A DNA stretch of 64,000 nucleotides, taken from the NCBI GenBank assembly GCA_028023455.1, contig JAQFVV010000008.1, positions 13,950,001 to 14,014,000 on the forward strand, given 5' to 3'. The stretch comes from Epiperipatus broadwayi. Lineage: Eukaryota > Animalia > Onychophora. Shown here one piece after another: positions 27,201 to 37,017 of this stretch (positions are counted from its first letter, which is position 1; each line of letters begins with the position of its first letter). A program made the translations under genes and the position numbers. The notes under the pieces are model-generated. The model ran no database searches. It was not told the DNA's origin and was given only the letters and a program-made list of their open reading frames with translations.

Positions 27201-30200
27201 ACTATGTGCAGGTATAGCATAAAGCAAAGCTCCACAGAAGTAAAATGTTGAAAATGTTCTCTTCGAATTTAAGACACATACCCTTTTTTAGGGATCCAAA
27301 ATTTGGGGAAAAAGTGTATCATATTCGAAGTAATATGGTATTTAACACACTAATTCATAACAATCATATTTGATAAATCTGAGCAATTTTTCGTGCAGAA
27401 ATTTTTATTTTTTTTTCTATAAAGATAATTGGGTTCCGCATAATAGGAGTATCACTCCCACCCCTTCAATTCAAGGTTGATTCTAGCCATCAGTGAAATA
27501 AACAACACTTGAAGGATAGCATATTAACTTTAAATTGATTATTAGTTTTTTGGTTTTTTTTTAATTTATTGGATTTCTACCTCACATGTTTATATATGTT
27601 TAATATTTAAATTTTTTTTAGCTAAATATCAATTTATTTTACTTTGAGATTACTAATCATTAAAACTGCCAATTGATAGTCCTCTACTTTGTCTGGCAAA
27701 TACATAACCTTCAACAAGATATCAATTAATATCTTTACTGTATTTTTTTATTTTAAAAAATAATTCAAAATTAAAATCAATGAGAAACCATCGGAGCATA
27801 GTCAGTACAAATATGTAATACGGTAAACTTCAATAACAGTTTTAACTTGCAGTTGCATTATATTTTAAATTGCTAACATAAAAGAAGGAAAATGAAACCA
27901 TTTTAATTTTAGGAATATTATTTCATTAAAATAACACTATTCGTGTATTAATAAATGATTAATATATGTTACATGTTGTATGTAATGTGTACGGGTATAT
28001 TTAATATTATAAATCCACTATTACATCAATTGTTTAAAGCGATGAGTGAATGAAGCCTTTCAGATTTTAAAACTACATAGCAACAAGAAAAGAGACGTTA
28101 TAAATATTTTTTCAAGAAAACAATAGATCTCTAAGTTCGTATTAAAAGGAAGTTTTTATATTAATTTTATTTGATGTTTCTTATTCTTTCTCAGATAATT
28201 TATACACATATGCTTCTATTAACTATCTGGAAGAGACTGTATTTTAATTGATGTATTTTATTTAGTGAAATGTATGTACTCACAAGATCATTTAAAAGAA
28301 CAACGTAAAATAATTTGCTAGATTTAAACAACATTGAAGTCTGTTTCCTGGAGGACTACTGATATAAATTAAGGGCATTTAATGACTAAGCCATGACTTC
28401 CATCATATTATAAATTTGTTTCTGCCTTCAATAAAATAGTCATCAAATTGCCATTTGAATTTAAAGCATATGTATGTAAACAAATATAAATGCATATATA
28501 TTAGAAATAAAATGTTAATCATTACAAATGAAATAGAATGCCAGTTCCATGGAAGAAACTAAGTTTGATTTTGACAATTACTCTAAGGATTATTTACTAA
28601 AAGAAAAGAGATAAGAAACATAAAATATCAATACTACTAAGCTTTAGCCATGAGACCATGATGCCGCCTATTGATTATATTATTTCCTTGCAGCCTACTG
28701 GAAATATTTGTATTATTCACATATTGGAATTCTAATCTATAAGTCATAATGTTTGTGAATAATATAATAAATAGACAGATTCTTATAGCTGATATTAAAA
28801 GGAGGAATTATAATACTATTATTTTACTAGATAACTCTGGAATTAGTATTTATTAAAACTTACCTTTGGATATAATGAATGTAATGAAAGTGGATTACGC
28901 AACTATGAGTTACATACCAAATATATAAAAGGAATTAAAGCATAAAGCTACTATTGAATAGATTATGCTGGATTATTCCAAGAACCACAGTCAAATTCTT
29001 TCATATTATTATCATTTCATTTTGGATACCTACAAAGTCTTATACTGATATTATCACCTTACCCAATGTAGTAAATATTTGAACGTTGAGTATTCTAATA
29101 TCATCATCAAGTTTCTGGTTTTTAATTGTATTTAAAATTGTATTATATACAAATAGTAAAAATGATTTTATGTTCACATAGTTATACAAAGTAAACATTT
29201 ACACTTATATATTCAGTAATGATTCGTTTACTTCACCAATTCTTCATAATTATTATACTGTGCTTCCAATGCACACTAGTGAAGCTATATTTTAATTATG
29301 TTTTATTCTGGTTTAGCGCTTTTGGGACATGTTTGCTCCCATATTCACAGTCGTGTTGTTCTCCATTTTGGGTAATCGTTAGTGTATGCAAATTAATCAA
29401 CCAGTCCATTTCTTGGAAATTGAGAAGCACAAATCTCTTCTATTGATGGTCTTCATGTCATTTGTGATTTGATGCCAAACGCAAAATAAAAGAGGTATAC
29501 TTCATCGCAAATGACCCGAAAGCCATCATTAGATGAGATTCATGCTTCTCAATTTCCAAAAAAGCGACTCGTTGATTAATTTGCATACACCAATGATTAC
29601 ACAAAATGGAGAATGACACAGCTATAAATATGGGAGCAAACATGCCCCCAAAACGCTAAGCCAGAATAAAACATAATTAAAATATAGCTTCACTAGTATG
29701 CGTTGGAAGCGCAGTATAATACTTATGTATTCAATTAAGAGAAGTAGCCTCAAATTACAGAAGGGTAAACAATTACTGAGCGATGTTTGCCAAGGTAACT
29801 TATTTAGATCTGACCTCCCAACATAGGCTATAATAAGCTAAGCATGTATCTCCCTTTAACTTGAGATAAGTATCTAATCTAACATCATCTATCAGGTAAA
29901 TACACACCAAGTTATTATGAGTTAATGCTATTTTAATATTTATTTTTATGAACTAGATTCTAGTAACAAATGTAAATAAAATATTGTTATCCATTGAATT
30001 ATAAATCCTAGCCTTATTTATTTTATATTATTTAGATAGATTTATATGAAATAATTGAGAGAGTGCAAATTTCTCAAGCGCTTATGACTGCCAATCAAAT
30101 CTTAAGCACTGGGACAGAGAATTTAATAAGAAAAGAGCGGTTCCACTCTCTTCTTTACTTGTCTTTATATATATCCAAGCCAGTCCAAAGTACTTATATT

Positions 30201-33200
30201 TGAAAGCGTGAATCTTAAATATCTTCACACTTGTCATAAGCGCTTGAGAAATTTGCACTCTCTCAATTATTTCAATATCGACTGCGCTTTAAATATTATT
30301 TACATAGATTTATATGATTAAATTTCAATTCATATTACCAGAATCATTTATCAATGTTAAATTTATTTATAAGAGCTAGCAATAATTATTAACCAAATAA
30401 ATTTAGATTGTAATCATATGAGGGATTAAGTTTTATACATGTGTATATTACTATTATTATCATCATGCATAATTTCATATTCCAAGTTCTATAAATTTTA
30501 ATAGTCTATAACTCATGGGCCACATAAATTATTGATTCCTCATATAAATCTCATTTCGAGATATACCTATGAAATCAACTCAATAATCACATCTTGGCTA
30601 TTTTTCATATCATACTGTTACAGTATGTCCTCTTAATAACTGTTGACTGGAAGTGGCAATAGAATAGTTTGGGCATTAAATTAGCTTTACTATAAAAATA
30701 CAAGTATTATTTTCATGAGCAATATAATGACAGTTATTTTACCAATATAGATTAACCTGGGTTCTTTTTGTCCTCTATCTAAAAATAATTAGATACTCAT
30801 TTATGAACTCTGTATCTTAAAGAAAAATCTTAAACTTCTTAATGATTTCAAAAATTTCAATATTCATTTGTCTTAGATTTAATTCCAGGTCATGGGTGTG
30901 GATGTAGGAAGACGTATTATTCATTAACCATGAAGCTTTTCACATTTTTTTCTTAGTGTTTCCTGGTTAAAAATAAATTTAACACTCAAACAAAATGATA
31001 GGAAAGATAATTTTAGATAATAAAACTATAAAAACCATTATTACATTTTATTATAAATGAAAACCTAAACTATATTTCAGAAGAGACATTTTTTTTCTTT
31101 TATAAAAAATATACTTTTTGACCTACAACTCTCAGTATATAAAAATTATCAAAAAACAAAACTCTCAATATATACTTTGATGCTGCATTTATGGTAAATA
31201 GTACAGATTAAAAGCCATTTCATTTCTAATAAATTTTTAATATTTTAGATGTCATATTTTTGAGAATAAGAATTTTTGCCTACATCCAAATCTATTAATA
31301 ATAACTTTTGTGAATGTGCCATTGCATATTTATAACTTTGGGCAAAATGGTTTTTTATTTCTAGGCATTTTTGTTGTTGTTGTTGAGAGTAAATATTAAA
31401 AGCACATAATCTTTGTTTTCTTCTCTCTTTTTTTTTTTTCGCTTAGATTTCTATCTGTAGCACTATTTCTAAGAAAAGGAATTTTTCTAGTTATGCTTGA
31501 ACCTGTAGTATATTGAGAACTATGATATAGCTGTAGTAGTTTCTGTGTAATTAGGGCACATACAGGCTATTCTAAACATAGGATATAAATTCCCATGGAA
31601 GTAAAATGATTTATGGTTAGCATGAAAATAGTACATAATTATATATTTTTTAAACATAATATATGCTTATTATTTATTTTCTAATTTGCAGCTTATGAAA
31701 AGGTAGATTGTGCTACTATCTTCTATTATTTTATTAATAAAATATTCACATACATTGCAAAAGATTAGTATTAAATTTTTGCTTCCCAAATCACTGAAAT
31801 ATTTTTTTAATTTGTGATGTTAAGCATTTAATTCTTTAGAAAAGAAATAGTTCTATACTCAGAATGAAAAAAAAAAAAATCACTGTTATACAAATTTGTG
31901 TGTTATATATATATTTTATATTATATTTAATGTTTTCACATTTGTATGATGTAGATAAAATAATATTTTGGGGAATAAATCATGTATTATTTTACATTAC
32001 AATCTGATATTTCGACAATCTAGCAACCACCATTGTCAAGGTTAACTTTTGAAAGAAAAATGGTTAGATCTCAAACAATAATGTGACTCGGAGCGAGATG
32101 AGAAATGAGATTCAACTTGAAGTAGTTCAGCATTCACAATATGAGGCTTATCAAAATGTTTATTTCCCTCAGTTCTTTCAAAAGTTAACCTTGATAATAA
32201 TGGCGGTTGCTGGTCCGTCAAAATATCGGATTGTAATGCAAAATAATACACGGTTTATTCCCAAAAATATTATTTTATCTATGTATATTTTATCTTCGAA
32301 GTTTAGATTTATCCTGAGCATGATAAAATAATTATAGAGTGCTTACAATATCAAAGATCTGAATTTTGTTGAATAATTTTATCAGTGAGCTTTACATTAC
32401 CAAAAAAAATTTTTTTTTAAATTTTTTGAAAAGTTTTATATGAAAGGGAAGGATTATTTCTGAATATTGATTACTAAATTATAAATAAATTTATTTAGCT
32501 GTGATTTGATTATATAAAAAATTCAAAATATTGATAAAAAATTATTTATTAAATCTTTTTTTTTTTTTTTAAATGTTTGTTTATTTATTTTAAAGGTGTA
32601 ATCTTTGTTCGCACAAAAGAAAATGCAAGAGCTTTAAAGAACATTTTAAAAGATGATAAAACATTAAGCGAACTCAAACCAGATGTTATTTTGGGAGGAA
32701 ATAATTCCTCAAGTAAGGGAATGAAAACAAAGGAACAGCAAGAAACATTGTTTAATTTTAGAAATGGAAAAATCAAAGTTATTATTTCTACTTCTGTATC
32801 AGAAGAAGGTTTGGATATACCTTCGTGCAATTTGATTGTAAGATATAATTATGTTACAAATGAAGTAGCATCTTATCAAATGTTTGGCAGGGCTAGAGCC
32901 AAAAATAGTACCTGCATTTCTATTGGTTCAAAAGAGTGTTCCAATAAAGAAATGATAAATTGTGAAATACAAAAAAAAATGGGAAGAATAATTAAAGACA
33001 TTAGTCAAATACCAAGAGAAAAGTTTGATGAAAAGGTAAGAGAAAATCAAAGAAGAGCATTTGTAAGCCGAGCAATGGAAAAAAAAATAGTAGAACAGAA
33101 ACATTCTATGAATAATCCAATTGATGTAAATTTTAAATGTCGCAGTTGTTTTGACTTTATTTGTAAAGCTACTGATATATATCAGAAAGACAATAACTTT

Positions 33201-33437
33201 ATTATTGATTGGAAAAATATTGAAAAGACTGTATCTTTATCGTCTGCAGCTAATGAATTATATTTAAGTTATAATATCCTTTGTAAAAATTGCTTACATC
33301 TTTTAGGTTCAAAATATGATAATGGATCCCATTGTTTAGGCATTAAACATTTTGTTGTTGAAATTAATGGGGAAAATAAAATATTTAGAAAGTGGAGTGC
33401 TCGAACGTTTTACATCAGAAAAGAAGAAGATATTTAA
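12145..33437 (+). CDS. RIG-I-like receptor (MDA5/LGP2/RIG-I family RNA helicase), 3' part; join(12145..12270,22046..22165,32596..33437); 5' exons not found
   Basis: The three exons splice in phase 1/1 with AG/GT borders into ALRCNEILLMKNAYDYL...MLKLFK-DKQTVLE...HPNPILEELKDYL...NDIR-GVIFVRTK...STSVSEEGLDIPSCN...QMFGRARAK...CRSC...CKNC...FRKW. This is collinear with Hel2i-Hel2-pincer-CTD of MDA5/RIG-I. Orthology to a specific vertebrate RLR cannot be assigned. Confidence 0.93.
12388..13306. mobile_element. non-autonomous TIR DNA transposon, Merlin-type (GG...CC ends, 8-bp TSD)
   Basis: A perfect direct repeat gaatatat flanks both sides (12380-12387, 13307-13314). The imperfect ~55-bp TIR has the core gcccaatgtggcc(a/g)cttgatggc. 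No transposase ORF is present. Confidence 0.85.
12585..12837. repeat. internal tandem repeat, ~96-98-bp unit, ~2.7 copies
   Basis: Units start gc(a/g)ctggaatgtg at 12585, 12683 and 12779, and each contains ggccaatacatgca...tctga. Confidence 0.9.
15475..15773. repeat. near-perfect tandem duplication, 151-bp period
   Basis: acttg(c/t)ggacactaaatgattaattgatta...tcttgtaaaattt occurs at 15475 and 15626. Confidence 0.95.
15878..16003. repeat. small imperfect hairpin (~50-bp arms) inside the TA-flanked element
   Basis: aaattattagatggaagtcc...tattacattaaatat pairs with atatttaaagtaatagtgcattatc...gatctaataattt. Confidence 0.8.
16600..18000 (-). mobile_element. highly decayed piggyBac-like (PGBD) transposase
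   Basis: Minus-strand fragments occur in the expected order: EIKISLVFL...KDY, RGFK*..CGDCHKSYIYHMELYTDK, LANELFENKLYLCGTIN and FWIDKKPLAIITNAY. These resemble the piggyBac motifs GFKxW, YxxNxEIYxGK, LxxxLxxxxxYxxGT and WxDKKxV. There are many stops and frameshifts, and no TTAA ends were resolved. Confidence 0.6.
19337..20496. mobile_element. old non-autonomous TIR element (~90-bp diverged TIRs starting GGTA)
   Basis: ggtactgttccgttagcgtgttgaaaccacttga...gggcc is the inverted counterpart of gggcccggtaacg...tcaagcggtttcaacatgttaatagactactacc. No clean TSD. The 21-mer agttatatccagagacaaaaa is repeated internally. Confidence 0.7.
22046..22165 (+). CDS. RLR internal exon (Hel2i-Hel2 junction, 120 nt)
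   Basis: Acceptor tatttatttttag| and donor AGAG|gtaaga. (D)KQTVLETAIKLENKHPNPILEELKDYLKDQMEKNGNDIR matches the RLR 'ENPKLEDL/ENEKLTKL' segment and joins in frame to the exons on both sides. It is too short to appear in the ORF track. Confidence 0.9.
24456..25724. repeat. ~440-bp direct repeat pair (24456-24904 and 25292-25724) flanking the transposase C-terminal fragment
   Basis: aaccggttttgttacattctgtggatt...aaatcaactgtaacgaatg is present twice with high identity. Confidence 0.95.
24935..25240 (-). pseudogene. Merlin/ISXO2 transposase C-terminal fragment
   Basis: IKSGSTIYSDCWKSY...HVTVNHRYNFMDPTTGAHTQTIERFWGLLK...YLAEFIWRR contains the ISXO2 SDxWxSY, HxTVNH and HTQxIE motifs. Confidence 0.93.
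25721..25809 (-). pseudogene. probable Merlin transposase N-terminal fragment
   Basis: MSTTLLHLWDVPNRESEADAFL*AQNILP resembles Merlin N-termini (LxDLPxxExEAxxFLQxxxILP) and lies upstream of, and on the same strand as, the C-terminal fragment. Confidence 0.55.
26156..26430. repeat. subterminal tandem duplication in Merlin (146/129-bp units)
   Basis: actatacgatcatagtattgttagtagac...agccgtaggttc occurs at 26156 and 26302; the first copy has an extra ~18 bp. Confidence 0.95.
26665..27072. repeat. diverged direct repeat, ~290-bp spacing
   Basis: tgtgga..aacaa.aatcaatcaatc.gca.c.tggaagg...cttttatctcattgttatattgattt occurs at about 26670 and 26957. Confidence 0.8.
29251..29721. mobile_element. foldback MITE, ~219-bp arms with ~34-bp spacer
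   Basis: tattatactgtgcttccaatgcacactagtgaagctatattttaattatgttttattctgg...gtcatttgtgat is the reverse complement of 29503-29721, with scattered (often CpG) mismatches. Confidence 0.92.
30047..30274. mobile_element. MITE with perfect 42-bp TIR
   Basis: tgaaataattgagagagtgcaaatttctcaagcgcttatgac and its exact reverse complement end at 30274. The TSD is ambiguous. Confidence 0.9.
31949..32284. mobile_element. foldback MITE, ~110-bp arms
   Basis: atgtagataaaataatattttggggaataaatcatgtattattttacattacaatc...caaggttaacttttgaaagaa pairs with 32173-32284. Confidence 0.88.
32596..33437 (+). CDS. RLR terminal exon: Hel2 (motifs IV-VI), pincer helix and C-terminal regulatory domain
   Basis: Acceptor ttatttattttaaag|. 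The ORF contains GVIFVRTK, FRNGKIKVIISTSVSEEGLDIPSCNLIVRYNYVTNEVASYQMFGRARAK, two CxxC zinc motifs (33138-33149, 33282-33293), IKHFVV and FRKW, and ends in TAA at 33435-33437. Confidence 0.96.
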
Positions 33438-36239
33438 AATCACATTTTTTAATTTATTTTTTTTTACCTAAATAACCTGTTTATGTCATTAAGCCTAAAG
33501 TGATGCAGTTAAACATTTAAATAATATACAAATAACTGTGTATCTTTAACAATTTATTGTTATGTAGCATAAAAATATCGCAGTATATTCTTTTAAATAT
33601 ATTTGTCCATATAAATTTAATGGAAGTTTAGAATTATAGCTATATTAAAAGTTTTAAATATGTGTTTATGTAAATACATTTTAGTCTATTTAAAACGTTT
33701 TATGTTGAATCGTATGTATTAACCAATTAAAAGAAATGGATCAACAACAAAATTTTAAATTCTAATCCACTTTTTTTCCAAATGCCATCCAGTTTTGTTT
33801 TTTTAATTCATAAATATTTGACATTGAATTAATATGTTAATATTATATAAGCATAATTTCAGTTATAATATCAATAAATTATTAATTTCATTAATATTGT
33901 ATTAATATTATTTGACATTGCTGAAATTTTTTAGTATAGAATCTAACTTTAATACATACAAATTTAACTTAAGCCATTTGACAAGAGTGTAGATCAATCA
34001 ATATTCTCATAAATTTAACATCAGATTTACAAATAATGTGCATGGTTAGTTTTTCATAATGCAAAAAAGTGGCAATTATGAAAAGTTTATTATAAATTTG
34101 ATCATAATTATAAAATCTTGCATCTCTCATAAAAAATTAAATAAATTATAAAGAATGAGAAATGTTGATGAATTTGTAAAACTACAGTGAAATATCTTAA
34201 AAGTAATGTTTCTTACAGCTAATTAAAGCCTCGTAATATACAAGTAGACATTAACATTTGATCTATTCATAAATATTTTATATACATTATAAATTTTTTG
34301 AGCATTTTTATATAATCATTGTCAACATATCTGCAAAAACACAAAATGAAAATCTGAAGTCACGAAAAATTTTTATTATATCTAGTTAAAATTTAAAAAA
34401 TTGAAATCATTTTTTTTTTTATTCTCAATTTATATTTTACATTTTTAAATATTTACTTTTCAATTTCTAATCATAACCAAATACTCTTAACTATGACTAG
34501 AAACTATAATAAAGATATAAATAAGAATTAAAAAGTAAATATTTTAAATCTAAATTACTAAGAAAAAATGTGTTATTTTTAATATTAAAAAATAGTTCTC
34601 AATTTTTAAAATTTTAGCTAGGTTTAGTCATGAAAAATTTTCTGGACTTCATATTTTCATTTTGTACATATTTATTGCAGTTATCTTGATAATGACCATA
34701 TAAAAACAGTCGAAACATTTCTAATATATTTAAATATTTGTTATGAATTCATAAAGTAAACAAAATTTGAAAAGAAGGCTCTGGATAATGCAATGAAACA
34801 CTTATAAGTAGATTATCAAATGTTAATGACTACTTATATATTATGACCCTTTATTAAGCTAAAGAAAACATGTTTCTCCACTTGTTCACCTTAGACACTT
34901 CATACTGCTGTAGTCTTACAAATTTGTTAACATTATGTCATTGTTTATAACTTCTTTATTTTTTTGTAATGAAAGATGCAGGATTTGTTATCAGGATCAA
35001 GTTTATAATTAACCTTTTTTTACAATTGATGGCTTTTAGGATTAAGAAAACAATTAACTGTGTCACTTATTTATAAATCCTTCATTAAATTTGTGAGAAT
35101 GTTGATTGGTCTACATTCTTGCTGAATAGCTTAATTTTTAATTAGAATTTGTATATATTAAAGTTAGATTCTATATTGAAACAGTGAACAAATATTGCAG
35201 TTCACTAATGAAAATAAATGTTAGCAAAATTAATAATAGTTTGATTAATTGCTGAGTTGTGTATAGAAATCATATACATCATTGCATAAATTATAGTATT
35301 GAAATTATACTTAAATAAGCCTTTTAGTTAATAATGTCAATATATTAATTTAGTGATGCCAAATATTTTTGATATTTTGTATAATGCATTTTAAATGTAT
35401 TTAGAGATGGGACATTAATCTCTTTAACATGTCCTGCAATATTTTTATGTAAAAAGAATTTTTATATATGTACATGTTGAAATGTGCATTTTAAAAGTAC
35501 GTGTATGTAACTTGTAACATATTGGTGATTAGTATATGCAATTAATAAAAAAACTTTAAGAACTTTTTATTGCAATATTTGTATTATTTTTTAATTCTCT
35601 ATCCACTACACATTTGCATAAAAATGGATACACATTTATTTTTGTGTAATTTTTCATACATAATATATAGATAAAAAACCTATCCATGGTACAAACAAGT
35701 TTGAACACATTGGTAAGATAATTTACAATCTAGATTAAGTGAACCTGTTAATAATGCCTACTATTTTGGTATATTAATGCCAATATTTTATCAGATAAAA
35801 GGTATCATTTTTATCTAATGTTTGGTTTGTTATACTGTTTGCCAGAAAATAGGTTGGTATTGATACAATAAAAACATGGACTTATTTATAAATTTATTTA
35901 AATGATTCTTTAGGAATCTATTTTAGTAATATATTCCAACTTGTTGTTTCATGAATAGCATTTACATTCTTAGCATTACATATTTGATAAATCATAAACA
36001 TTTATATTATTAAAATTATTAGAATATAGAAAGATAGCTCGAATGGCACACTCGTGTATATTATAACAGCACTTTAGATTGGATCAAGATGATGATCATG
36101 TATGCATCTATATATCTGACTACACATTGATTTGCCAACATGTATAAGAATGTACCTTTTTGTGTCACATTAGAATGCAAAATATAACAATTTTGGAGAA
36201 AATGGAGGTTAAAATCTACCATGTTTTCTAAATATGTTC

Positions 36240-36822
36240 TAATGGCCATTATAAAAGTTGGGGCAAATCTCATCAATTTGACATCAGCTATACATTCACC
36301 ACATCCCCAAAAAGATGACTAGTGAAGTCAAATGTCAAGAAAATGCTGATTTTTTAAAATGCAAATGGCATTGTTCATTCAGAATTTGTTCATAGCAATC
36401 AGAAATTTAAAATTACAAATTCTGAAACTTGTGTAATGCAGTAAAACGTTAAACATCTTGTTTTCTGGCAAAATGAGGAGTGCATGTTTCATCATGGCAG
36501 TATGCTAGCACATAAAGTTTGAGTATGAAACAATTTTTAATTAAATTCAACATGACTCAACTTTTGCTTACCATATTTGCTCAATCTTGCTAACGAATGA
36601 AAAAACGTCTTTTTGTGAACTTAGGAGTGATGAAGAAAAAACCACAGAAACATTTTAGGTATCACTTTGCAAGTGTTTCTGGACTACTATGAAAAGTGAA
36701 AAACATGTACAGAACACTGCATTGCATTAAATAGATATACTTTGAAAGAGATTCAATTTGAAACACCTAAAAATAAATATACAATTTATTAATACAAAAT
36801 TCCAGTAATTTTTGAGTCTCCC
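36240..36822 (+). mobile_element. decayed mariner transposase fragment and right end
   Basis: KSNVKKMLIF*NANGIVHSEFV (mariner SKVKTMLIVFFDxxGIVHxEFV), FHHGSMLAH (HHDNAPAH) and YFExD near the end, followed by a typical aaattccagtaatttttgagtctccc terminal region. Confidence 0.7.
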
Positions 36823-36884
36823 TTTGTTTAATTGAATACGTCCATGTGTTTCAACAGATAACAAAAACTGGCTGGCTGACTATC

Positions 36885-37017
36885 TTAAGTAGGGCTTATA
36901 TTGATGAACTTCTGAAAAATTATGCTAGGTCTTATTTTCAGGGAAACACATTAAGTAGGGCTTACATTATGAACTTCTTGAAAAATGATGCTAGGGCTTA
37001 TTTTCAGAGAAACACAT
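36885..37017. repeat. tandem pair (66-bp period) of a pogo/Tc2-like element terminus
   Basis: ttaagtagggctta...gaaaaat.atgctagg(t/g)cttattttcag(g/a)gaaacaca occurs at 36885 and 36951. Confidence 0.8.

Larger units (their letters stand above)
23288..27338. mobile_element. pogo/Tc2-like non-autonomous element (TA TSD) hosting a Merlin insertion
   Basis: The left end is TA|ctgtattacttcgaatttaa and the right end is tcatattcgaagtaatatgg|TA (16/20 match; the first two differences are CpG-decay type). It is about 1.1 kb long once the Merlin insert is removed. Confidence 0.7.
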
